Made by a program: the position numbers and the translations under genes. Below, piece by piece: positions 13,727 through 37,162 of a stretch of 64,000 nucleotides of DNA. The notes under the pieces were generated by a model, which ran no database searches, was not told the origin of the DNA, and was given only the letters and a program-made list of their open reading frames with translations. The DNA is from Tubulanus polymorphus. Lineage: Eukaryota > Animalia > Nemertea. Every line of letters starts with the position of its first letter. Position 1 is the first letter of the stretch. The DNA lies in the NCBI RefSeq assembly GCF_964204645.1, contig NC_134026.1, positions 30,414,150 through 30,478,149 of the forward strand. The letters are read 5' to 3'.

Positions 13727-14945
13727 ATGCGCTTTAACGAGAAGGAAATGAAGCATTTTTCAAAACAGAAAAAATGGGATAAAGAAGGGAAATTGTTGTA
13801 CAAAGGTCCAAAATCGCAGAGTAAGTTCAAAATGCGGGCAAAGAATTGTGTCCCTGACCTTGGTCCTGTTGAGCAGTCGGTTCAGGTACAGGTACAAACA
13901 CTGAGTCTCAGCTCATTTTGGTTCTATTGCACGTAATAGATTGGAACGAAATGGGCCCTTGATTTACTGGAACTACGTATAGAATCTAAGACTTGACTCA
14001 TGAGTTATCGAAAATTTGATAACGTGTTTTTTTTCAGGTTATAAAGATAGATGGTTTCGTCTAATCGGAAATATTTTATTTTACTATAAAACTAACGAAC
14101 AGGGGACGCAACCGGAGTCAGAGGTACGTATCATACATGTACAGATTCAGTACGGATTTATCCTTGTCACCGGCATCGCTCTGACAATTCATATTCATAT
14201 TCATATCATTTTAGGCTTCGGGAGTTTTAATATTAGAAAGATGTCGAATTCAACATCAACCGATAGCAGATCGTCCATTTGTCTTTACGATAGGTAAAAT
14301 ATCTCGATTTAAATTCTGAAGCGGCTGTTATTAGGTAAAACGTATATTTCACCATTTCATTTCAAATCTCCGCCAGCTTTTCCAGATGATCGCGAAAAAC
14401 AACACTATTTTAGCGGCTCGTCGGAAAAACAATGTGAAGATTGGATCAAGATGCTACGGAAAGCCAGGTAGAATTTATTACTCGATTTCAAATTCTAAAT
14501 CATCGAAATTCAACTCATCATTGTACTCAAGGACTTAAACACGATATTATTTTAGAGGCCATTTGTACTGATTAATATTACGTTTTTAGTTATGAGGAAT
14601 TAAGGTGCACAATGACTATATTAAAAGCGAAAATTCTTAAAGCAAAAAATCAGGTTTGTGTCAGTTTATCAAAATGAAAATGATTGATAAAGGATGTCAT
14701 TATTTACGCTATGAAGCCTGTTCAACGCACTGATTGCAGGATCCAATGATGGCATTTTCACATCGTAGTTCACACAATCCGGTCTCTACCAGAGCGCAAT
14801 TTTTGAATGTTCCAGAAAATCGAATGAATCGTAAAGTTAGATCAGGTATTTATTTATCTATAATCAGCACCTCGAGAAATTGATAATCAGTGACGACAGT
14901 GTATGTTTCTTTTCAGTTCCAGAACTGCGGTTAGACCTGATCTAA
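13727..14945 (+). CDS. PLEKHJ1: Pleckstrin homology domain-containing family J member 1, multi-exon
   Basis: MRFNEKEM...KEGKLLYKGPK, GYKDRWFRLIGNILFYYK, GVLILERCRIQ, HYFSGSSEKQCEDWIKMLRKAS/YEELR match the PLEKHJ1 pattern; predicted stop at 14943-14945. Confidence 0.85.
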
Positions 14946-16806
14946 TCTAAAACATCCGTCGGCTTTTTTATGTTGTATATTTTATTAAATCTGTAATTGT
15001 CAGAAAATAAATGTAATACTCAACAATGGTAATTTCTTAGCATCGAGCTGGGAACAAATTCTCCAACATCGACTCTAAGATGGATGCAGTGAGCTGATGA
15101 CCGAGTTCAGGCCTGAGGTTGAGCAGGTATTTACCTTAACAGAGACTTTATACAAATAGACTTTATGCATCTTAGAAAATGTTTTCCAGAAATATCACTA
15201 GAGCCCTTCCACGGATTTGAACCCGCAGCCTCCAGCATTGCAGCCAATCGTCACTGAAGCGTCTGTTTAGTCTGGTCAGTGTGGTGGTTGTTATGGTCTA
15301 TTCACTAAAAAACTAACTTCGCATTTCATTGTTCCACAATATTTTCTGCACAGAACATTTATTTTAAAAGTGGATGGCATTGCAAGAATAGACAAATCCA
15401 TCCTTATGGTTATAACGAACACATTTCCTGGTGCCCTCAAGTTCGCTACTATACGAAGTGCCTCATAACATCAGAGATATCGGGTGGTTGATCTCCAGGT
15501 CGGGACAGAAACACTATTTCACAAGATACAGAATCCTATCGCACCAGTTCACTGACATCGGGTAGAAATAAAGGAACAAAGCGTGAAATTATTTCATTTT
15601 CTTTTATGTTTTATTCACATGATATTTTAAACTGTACAATATTATATATAATTGGTCTCATACTATCTCACTCACCTCATGCTTCCTTTTGTAGAAAATA
15701 ACATTGTATTTTTTCAGTTAACTTTTGCTTATTACTGACATCAAAAATGCATTAAGAGGATAATGTATTTTTGCTGACATTCATTAAACCATAATCAAGG
15801 ATTTCCAAAAACATAATTCGTAATATCATATCAAAATGCTATATACAGAAATTGTATTATTGATCGCGAACATGAATTGTGTATTCTATAATGACGGTAA
15901 ACAAAATATAAATTAATACCATACAAATACAAGAATTAACATAAAACTGATACAAGGATCTCTGATGATAATAACATTTACCGATGACTCGCGATTAAAC
16001 ATCATTTCAAAATGTCATTCATTACAAACATATCTATACTCAGTATTTACAGCACACCAGACACAGACACACCGAGAGACTAAAATCTGACTGAAGACTA
16101 GAATTGTAAGTCTACATATGACAAGTTTGATCGAGAAATATACGGAGCATAAAGACCGTTCAAAAAGTACATACTAAGTTAGCCCTACTATGAAAAGCAT
16201 ATGATGTACATAGCCAGGTAGCTATTCAAATAAAGCATACCAACCAAGTTTTAACTAATATCAGGCTTCGTTCATTTGACCAAGTTGACTTTTAAATCCC
16301 TGATGATTCAGTTTACACCAGCCTTAATGATTCATTAATGCTTGATCTTGACACAAGACATATTAGTCAAGTTTTCAATCGTTGTAATTCTTGAGAGAAT
16401 GTTCTATTTTTGACGTACATACTAACTGAAATGCACATATGTTACGCGTCTATCTTCAACCTATCAATTACACATTAATGCATATATTTCATCATCTTCA
16501 AACAGCTATTTACATAACGATTCTTCGCACTGGCAGTTTCAACTCATCATTCACGTATATAATGCATGTTACCGCTTTTAAAACTTTATCATCATCTTTT
16601 AACGCGTTTGTTGAGATTCTCGACGATTTTACACGAATCCATTTTTTGAACTTATGAGAAAATGTAATAATAATCGCTCTCGATATAAAATCAATGTTTA
16701 TCGCAAACATGAAAACAATGATTACAAAATAAACCCTGAATATTTCACTGATATTTTGTTCTGTTCGTTTGAAATGAATGAAGACGGACTTTTAAGATTT
16801 ATATTT

Positions 16807-19800
16807 TTAACGTCGATCTCGATGTCTTCTGTCTCTGTTTGATGTTCGTCTCAGGAAATCTTCAACATCTCGTTCATACTGAAAAACAAGTGAAAATAAC
16901 ATTCAGTCGAAAATAGAAACCAACCATTCAACTGTCATGAAACCACCCTCTTAGATCTAGAACAAACCCTTTAGACAAAAGGACCTTTTGAAAATTTTTA
17001 ATAGGACTTTCCCAGAATTTAAGGAGTTTCAAGGAGTTTATGGATATTTCTCAAAATTAAAGGATTTTCAAGGACCTTGAAAAATATATTCAAAATTCAA
17101 GGAGTTTTCAAGGATTCAAGGAGTTGTAGGGACCCTGGTGGACGATCAGTTTTTGAAGGAGTGCTGATAAAATGTCTGGGGTTTTTGTAGTTCATTTCGA
17201 ATGTCTCACGCGAAGTGTGTATAGCGGAGAATGGATGTAGGATCTACCAAGGTTCCTACAATTCCTGGTATCCAGAATTCAAGGACTTTTCAAGGAATTT
17301 TCAAGGAGTAATTTTCAAAATTCAAGGAGGTTTTCGCGGTCATATATATAAGGAAAAAAAGTCGAAAATTCAAAAACAAAATCAATGTTTTTCTCAAATT
17401 TTGATCAGTTGTTGTGTGTGCCGTTTTGGTTTTACATGTTTAAATGTTTTAAATCTCAAAGTGAAACAACTTTCACAAGTCACACAATGAAGAATAATAG
17501 AATACACTGTCTTCTGAAAAGGACCTTTTGAAAATTTTTAATAGGACATTCCCAGAATTTAAGGAGTTTCAAGGAGTTCATGGATATTTCTCAAAATTTA
17601 AGGATTTTCAAGGACCTTGAAAAATATATTCAAAAATCAAGGAGTTTTCAAGGATTCAAGGAGTTGTAGGGACCCTGATAGTGAAGAATGGCTGTAGGAT
17701 CTACTTACAGAACGAGCCGATCGTTTTTCATCTCTTCTCGATCGTGATGACATATATTCAGGTGGTGGAAGATAGTCTCTACGTTGCGTATAATGAGCCG
17801 CCGTGTACGGATCCATTCCGTACGGTATTCCCTAAAATCAACAATCATTTCACTAATCAGTTATACAACACACAACACCCAGTTCCACAGTTCCAATTTC
17901 ATTCTACGGCTATCAATGGAACCAATTTCACCCCTCATTTATTTGTTATTTTCAATCAAATAAGAAATACAGTCAACCCCAGGTGCAGAAGGATTTTGGT
18001 GGTATAGAGAGTATGGCGGTATATCGGGGGTGTTTTACTATGTACATTGAGAAAACCTGGCGGTAGGCGGGCTGGCGGAAAATGGGAGGGCGGTATATCG
18101 GGGGTTGACTGTACATCTGTCTGAGAACTAATTAACAGACTTTAGGTTTTAATCATCTCGGTCTTGTCGAAAAGGGTCACCTCAATTGGAAGACAGGGGT
18201 CCGGACCAACCCCTTAATCCCTGCATTGCATGTATGTACTTCTGGGGAAGTGATCAATTTGATGTATGCCTTAACTGAATACTTACTAGTGGAGGATAAC
18301 CAGCCATCGGAGGCATAGGAGCTCGAGACTGATATTCTCTCATATAATCACTGTACGACTGAAATCAATATCATAGTTTAAACAACTTCTTAAAAAGCAT
18401 CAGAAATATCTTCCATTCCCTTTCAAAATATGTACTATAAGAGCCACGCGACCGACCCTGACCGCACAAACATATTTAAACCGAATATACCAACACTGAG
18501 AAGCTACGTACAGAGTTGAACTTCCTCGTTATAACGAACTTAGATATTATGATTTATCAGACGTAACAAACCTAGAATTTCATCCCGAGCAACATAATCT
18601 ATAAGAGGATATATAGAACTGTCGGTTATAATGAACAGATTTTCTGGTGCCCTGAAGTTCGTTGTAACGAGGTTCCACTGTATATGTTTAACATGCAATT
18701 CCCAGATCAGAATCATAGATGATACATACATGTATTTTATACCGATAGCCACGCAATGAACTACCGCGTTCTCTTAATTCAGTTTCCTTGTAGTAGAAAA
18801 CATGATGATTTTCATTCGAAACGTACATAACTAATAACATCAAATAATTCGTGCAAATCTCACATAAAACAGAACACAATCACGATACACTAATCATACA
18901 TACCATAGCGCTGCGCTGATCATGGGGTCTCCACTACAAAAAATCAACAAACAGTTTCATAAAAACAACCCTTCATTTCATAAATCACAACAGCTACACG
19001 ATCTTCCTGGCATAGAATTTAATTCAAATATATAAACATCATTGGAATGCGTGAAGAAATCCCATGATCAGCATAAATATAGCTGTGATCTCGGTGTACT
19101 CTCAGTGATGAAGATATTAATCAATAATCCTACGATAAAATGATATTTCAAAGTTTATTCATCCGTATCAGTCTAAATCTCAAAACTGACAGACTAAATC
19201 TCACTTTGAAATATCATCATTACGCGATGATTCATGAAATCTAATCACTTACCCCGTTGACAAAGGTATCGCGTCTGACTCCCTGGAATCTCGGTGACCT
19301 GTCTCTTCTATCTTTATAATAACCTACAATCAATATACAAATACACTATACAAATATAATCAGGTTTTTCTGTACGACTCGGTGAAATATCAAAACCTGA
19401 TCCTGATTTCAGTTCTCAAGTTTAAATCTGACTCGGTTTAAAACATTAACCCACCATCAGACTATGTAAATCTAGTGCCAGTTGTTCAAAAGTTGGTTAA
19501 AGATAACTGGCGGATAAAAATACCATATCCACTGGTTAAATCTAACCAACTGACCCTTGTAATTAGATCTTTGATTCCAAAATCAAAAGCCTTGTTTTTA
19601 TCACAGTAGGTGTAACCCATTGGTTTGTAAGGGACACATATAATACAGTATAGAAATCAAACCAATACAGTGAAACCTCGTTTAAACGACCTCCGATTTA
19701 ACAATCTATCAACTTTCACATCAGAATTTTGTCCCAAATAGGAAAATTTCTATCATTTTATACTGAATATAACAAACAATAACGAACATATTTTCTAGTT

Positions 19801-22800
19801 CCCCAAAGTTCGTAGTAACGAGGGTACACTGTGTAATAGAGCAGGACAACTCCATATTTCAAGATCGAAACATTTGAAATGAACTAGTTTTAAATCTAGA
19901 GTCAAACTTAACCGATAACTGTGGACGCATTGTCTGCGCGCGTTATACCTGGATCTCTCATATTTCCACCATATCCACTTCCACCTCTGCCTCGTTTAGG
20001 ACCGTATCGAGGTCCACCCCCATAGTAACCATCGTCGCTAGGATGTCGTCTGCGTCTACAAGTGCAATTACAATCGAACTATGCACAAAATTATCCCCAA
20101 CAAAATTAACATTAAAATCACTTTAAATCTTAGTATGAAAATAATGAGTAAATGATGCCACACAAACTTGTACGGTACATTACCTATCATTATCATTATT
20201 AACAACCTTATTATCAAATCCACTTTCAAATAGTTGTACTCAACAAATATACAGTAGACTGTGTTCACATCAGGGATCTCAAGGGTCTATTAAAATCTCT
20301 CTGAGGTACAGGAATTCCAGGGAAGACAGGGTCTGGGGCACGTGATAATCTGAGGTAAACAGAGTCCGGGGCACGTGATAATCTGGGGTAAACAGAGTCT
20401 GGGGCACGTGATAATCTGAGGCAGGTGACTCTGAGGTAAACAGAGTTCAGGGCACGTGATAATCTGAGGTAAACAGAGTCTGGGGCACGTGATAATCTGG
20501 GGTAAACAGAGTCTGGGGCATGTGATAATCTGAGGCAGGTGACTCTGAGGTAAACAGAGTTCAGGGCAAGTGATAATCTGAGGTAAACAGAGTCTGGGGC
20601 ACGTGATAATCTGAGGTAAACAGAGTCTGGGGCACGTGATAATCTGAGGTAAACAGAGTCTGGGGCACGTGATAATCTGAGGTAAACAGAGTATGGGGCA
20701 CGTGATAATCTGAGGTAAACAGAGTCTGGGGCACGTGATAATCTGAGGTAAACAGAGTTCAGGACACATATAATCTGAGGCAGGTGACTCAACGGTAAAC
20801 AGAGTTCAGGGCACGTGATAATCTGAGGTAAACAGTGTCTGGGGCACGTGATAATCTAAGGTAAACAGAGTCTGGGGCACGTGATAATCTGAGGTAAACA
20901 GAGTTCAGGGCACGTGATAATCTGAGGTAAACAGAGTCTGGGGCACTGATAATCTGAGGCAGGTGACTCTATAGGGTGAACTAAGTCTACTGTATATTGT
21001 ACCCAATGATTCAATTAAATATCATCCCTAACAAACCTCCCTCTCCGCTCCAACCTCCCTCCGACCTCCCTTTCCACTCCAACCTCCCTCTCCCCTCCGA
21101 CCCCTGAGCACAGTAGTTATCATTAACACATACCGTCGTGATTAGTTCAATCCTTCTCAAACTTATTTTTAGTCCCGTTTTTTAAATATTCATTATTGGC
21201 ACAATTAAGTCCACCTAACAACGACACATTGTCCAAAACATTGTTCATGAACCAGAGATCGATATATCACACAACCAGCAAGATATATCATTCTAACTCT
21301 GATTACTACACAGCCGTATATTTGTAATATTAAATCCTCACACAGCAAGCTGTAGAATAATCCCGTCGATGGTTTAAATCTGGTCGAGAATATTTTGTGT
21401 GATTTAATGACTCGTTCATATACGTTCTATTACTGATCTCGGGGCAGTTGCAAAAGGAGAGGCGACAATAGAGGGCGTTTCAAGCGCACCGAGAGGCTCA
21501 GTGTAGTCCTTGATTGGCGTGAACTAAAATAACACAGTCCACGGGTATTAGTCCGGGAAACTAGTGCGAACTATCTGTCGTTAGTCCGTGATAATCACTG
21601 CCTCTCCTTTTCACCGCTCGCACGAGATTAATATATTAATATATATATAGAGATATATATCCACTGCTAGTAACACAGAGAATGTCTGTCGTCTGCCGAG
21701 AGGGAGCCACTGGGTCCGGTTTTAAATCCACCGCACGTCGCCGCGCTATCTATAAATCCGGTATTAAACTGAAAAACGGTACACGTTGATCAAACGGTCG
21801 TCGAGAGCAGATCAAAACTAGATTAATAAACAGACATATTTATAATAATCTCTTCCTGTTAGTCGTCGTTGGATACCGCTGCACGTCTGCTCACGATTAT
21901 ACCTACCTGCACGAACTGGAAAAACTCACACGACGACGATTTCATCGTTGTTTTTTTTTTTGTTTTTCATTTTCTCGTGTAGGTTTTTAAAATCAACCCG
22001 ACACGAATCGATTGGATCTCGAAACAAGACGAGAGAGCAGAGCAGAGCAGACGCTCACCGCGTAACGAGTCCATATTGACAACACTAGAGTCTGTAAGAG
22101 TTCTAACCTAGATCCTGGAATATCCCTGGACGGAGCGTAACGTCGCGGAGACGAGTGATAATCTCTCATTGACGGTCGACGAGTGCTGCGCGCTTTACGA
22201 ACTATTGTCGCCAGATCGATGTTATCGTCGGGTGCGAATAATCGGCACAGTCGTTCGGCTACGTGAGGTTCAATCTCCTGTAAATCAATAAAACATACAA
22301 TATAATCAAATAAACAGTCTATATTGTTAAAATTCAAACCCAGATCAGGGAATCTGAAAATTGTGGCGAGTTCCCTGATTTTTCAGGTACCTGCCCGTCA
22401 CGACCAATTTTAACCGGTTTGTTTTCGTTCCAAGGATTCTGTAAATGCATCGTCTTCGAAAACGGTAAATCTCGTCTGAAAAACAAATTCTACGCTGAAA
22501 TTCTGTAACTTCGAATCGGGAATATAGATGGCGTCGGGGGATTACCTGTTAATCCACTGTAAACGGAAAACTCCAGATAATGCCCTCGCGCTCATACCAG
22601 GTGGCAGCACCCATCGGATCGGAGGATGATCTTTGTCAGATTCAGCGGCAAGTCTCGCAAAACCTACAAATTTAAACAATAACTCTATGGTAGAATCCAG
22701 TCACAGTTAGGCCCAACTCCTGAGTCAAACTTGAACTCCAGAGGTCCACGTTAAATAGCATCCAATTCCACAGTTTAAGAGTTAAAATCTAAGTCTAAAG

Positions 22801-24768
22801 TTTAAACATCAGATATGAATAAATCCTAGGCCAGAACTGTGTGGAACAGGAGCCCGAAGAGAATTCAGGAACCGGTTTGATTTACCTGCAAACTTTCCAC
22901 TTTCTTTCACGGAATAAATCAGTATAACATTACGATGCATCTAGAAAAGACAGTAATAATGAAACACTGTTAGATCAGTTACCAGTAGAAACAGAGGAAA
23001 AACGTGTTCAGACACGTTCACTATTTACCCTGAAAGCGTGGTTGAGTTTAGCTTCGTTTTGAGGAGGAGTCGACCAAACATTTTTGGCTTTTGATAAAGA
23101 TATATTCTCTTGATTGTTACTCTTAATGATGAAGAATCTCGCGTCTCGAAATAAATACTTGATATATCGCGCTGTGTGATCTGTAGAAAAACGATATCGA
23201 TATTCATTAGAACAAGTGCTGGAGAGACTAAACTGAGATATTTTACAAACATTCAATCAAAAACGAGATACAAACCTTTTTTATTGACCGACGAAGACAC
23301 TCTACCTTTGGATGGTCCTAAAATGGAAGAATCTTGATAGAGGTACCCAATTTTAAGCATTATGTTCAAAGGGCAGGGGTTAGATCGATGAAGTCAGGAA
23401 TCAATGTTGAATAGACAAACCTGAATGATCAGATCCGGATTCTGAATCCGATGAAGAACCAGTCGATCCCGATGAACTTCCAGCTTCACTGCGAGTATCG
23501 AACGTATCGTTATCGGCGTCTAAACCTTTACCCTCATCACCGCTATAACTGAAGTTCAAATTCTCCTCATTTTCTTCAGTTGTTACAAAATGTTCTTCAG
23601 TTTCATCTACAACATATTCAAATTGGACCAAAAATATAAAAATTCAAAAGATAACACAACAACAATTGGTGGTGATAAATAATATTCAAGTAAATGCTAT
23701 TTGTCGATACATTTATTAAATCTTTACAATTAGGGTTAGAAAAAGAGTAAGATTCTACGGTTATGGGAAGGTTTAAGGGTTTAAGTTAGGTTAAGGGCAT
23801 CAGTAGCCGATCAGAAAGAGCGTAGCGACAAAATCACCGTGATTTTCTTATTATCAAATAATTACCCATTTCCTGTGAGGCCAGCGCTTTTTCCTCTTCT
23901 TTCAGTTTCTCTAATTTCTTCTTTCTCTCCGCGTTCTCTTTCGCTAATTGTTTTCGTTTTTTCTCCAACTCTTTGATGTCGTCGCTGGTTTGCGTCACAT
24001 CCTCAGTTTTCTCCTCGTCCTCCTCACCTTTATTTGGAGAATCATCTGTAACTTTTTTTGGACTAGTTTTCAAAGGTTTTTTGGGCGAGGCCTTTTTAAC
24101 GGGTTTTGAAGTTTTAGTGACTTTAGCTTTAGGTTTACCTGCAAAGTAAATAATAGTGCAGTCTAATAGGGGCCGCCTGAACAGCAACACCCTCTAGCCT
24201 GGGCCCAGTCTCACAAAAATGATGAACTCCTAAATCAGTTTTGATAATTGAATTAAATAAGAAATTAAATCAATTTAAGAGCTCATTCCAAAGCAACTGC
24301 AATTTTTAGGTGTCTGTAATGGTTCGTACCTAACCAAACGATAACACTATTTTTTTATAACACTGCTCAAACTGCAGTAGGACTCTTTATGTGAAACATG
24401 TCCCCGACTAGACTGGGCTTCTATAATTAATGATCGGTTTTGGACTGTTCAACCTTCTCAGACTCAGATTGCCCAAAAAATGCTTTTCTATATTGAGGAG
24501 ATCGACATCATACCTTTTTTCTCCTCCTCCATTGGTGTTATATCAGCAGTTAGATTCAAATCATCGTCAACTTCATGCAGAATATCATCGAGCACATTGA
24601 CGATACCTTCTGTTAAATATAATAACAAGCAATAAATACTGGCCTTAAATACATTATTGAATTGAATTTGATGAAGATTACGCATCACACAGATGGTTTA
24701 TCATCAATTTAATTAATAAATGAATAATTAATTAATTAATTACCTTTGGCTTCTATTTCCTCGGACAT
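16807..24768 (-). CDS. YTHDC1: YTH domain-containing protein 1 (nuclear m6A reader), multi-exon
   Basis: Start MSEEIEAK at 24768; acidic/basic N-terminus; YTH domain [35 protein letters not shown]...[14 protein letters not shown]...PIRWVLPPG...[20 protein letters not shown]; YTHDC1-type tail [21 protein letters not shown] and [12 protein letters not shown]...RDRR*. Confidence 0.93.
17248..17677. mobile_element. TIR non-autonomous element in last YTHDC1 intron, with a truncated 3' duplicate at ~16977-17137
   Basis: Ends CAAGGTTCCTACAA...TTGTAGGGACCCTG are imperfect inverted repeats; internal TTCAAGGA motifs; ~160 bp (AAAAGGACCTTTTG...GGGACCCTG) recurs at ~16977-17137 and ~17517-17677. Confidence 0.7.
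17970..18111. mobile_element. Tc1/mariner-type MITE
   Basis: TA|CAGTCAACCCC...GGGGTTGACTG|TA terminal inverted repeats with TA duplication. Confidence 0.65.
18511..18680. mobile_element. Tc1/mariner(pogo)-type MITE; relatives at ~19668-19832, ~38790-38868, ~15400-15455
   Basis: CCTCGTTATAACGAACT...AGTTCGTTGTAACGAGGTTCCACTG|TA inverted repeats; shared internal TTTCTGGTGCCCTGAAGTTCG-like motif in the other copies. Confidence 0.6.
20252..20992. mobile_element. TA-flanked TIR element carrying an internal 33-bp minisatellite (YTHDC1 intron)
   Basis: TA|CAGTAGACTGTGTTCAC ... GTGAACTAAGTCTACTG|TA (15/17 inverted match) brackets the tandem array. Confidence 0.7.
20330..20970. repeat. 33-bp minisatellite (GTGATAATCTGAGGTAAACAGAGTCTGGGGCAC)n, roughly 17-18 units with variant units
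   Basis: Direct tandem repeats visible; produces the spurious periodic ORFs ([11 protein letters not shown])n and ([11 protein letters not shown])n. Confidence 0.95.
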
Positions 24769-25500
24769 AGTTTTATGTTTTGAGGTTCAAATCAACAACT
24801 CCGGTTTCATATAAACGTAGATATTTAGACGCTTAAAACTATTTTTCGCGTCAAATTTTTCACAAAATGGCTGACAAAGAGTGACGAGCCTGCGGCACGC
24901 GAGGAGTAACAGGTGCACGCTGCCGCAGCAGGTGCGCGCTCTGCTAATAATCAAACGTTTTGTAATTGATGTAATCTATCGCAAATCTTTATTCGTTGAA
25001 GATGAACTGCAAAAAGTGAAATTAGAATGAATTGATGGCAAAAATGTTTGTTTTATGAGTGGATTACATAGAACTATATGCGGCAGCGCATGTAATGATC
25101 AGTGTGTAGTGATTAGGTTATGGCCGCTCGCTTCAGTTCAATCTCTAATTTTACAGTAATCGTTGTTTGTTTAACGCGTGAACGCTGTTTAATCAGCAGT
25201 GATCCATGTATTTTATACTAGCCCCTGATTAGTGGTATGTTTAGATGTTGTGTAGTGATTTATTAGGTCAGTTGAGGCGTGTCTATCCGACCCTAACTGA
25301 GTGTGAATAGAGAGAACACCTCCTCACTCAGCTCCTCACTATCTACTCACTCACTCTCGACACTCACTCACTGTTTTGTGTGTGTGTGGTCACTGGTCAC
25401 GTACTACAACTAATTTTGAAAATTGCCACATTTGTTGTCAATCTTATTCATTTAACGCGCCCCAAAATTATCCTCGCTCTCTACACCTACCTATAAAATG
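24769..25500. promoter_or_regulatory. Probable bidirectional promoter region between YTHDC1 (-) and KDM4 (+)
   Basis: Start codons about 1 kb apart in divergent orientation; local CpG-rich patch 24845-24945 with YY1-like AAAATGGCTG; KDM4 has a splice acceptor (TTTACAG) just before its ATG, implying a non-coding first exon here. Confidence 0.55.
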
Positions 25501-25793
25501 GCAATAGAAACAGAAATGTGAGGAGTAACAAAATGTAGAAAGATCAAATTGACAGAATTTAATAGTGTAAATGAACTATTGATCATTATTGATTGGAAAA
25601 TATCAGTTCACAATCTTAATTTAAAGTTAGAATATTATCGCTCTCTTTAGACCAGTCTTACCTACATTATACACCTCATCTAGATAATACTGTCATCAAT
25701 AAAATAGACCCAGGTTTTGGTTCTGGTTTTGTTTTCCTTATTCATCTTTGATAAATATTTATTTACAGTTGATCAGTAAACTATTCGTCAGTC

Positions 25794-37162
<11,369 letters not shown>

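Noticed and set aside
20265-20792. Repetitive ORFs of 175 aa and 159 aa
   Set aside because: Artefacts of a 33-bp (multiple of 3) tandem repeat inside a YTHDC1 intron.
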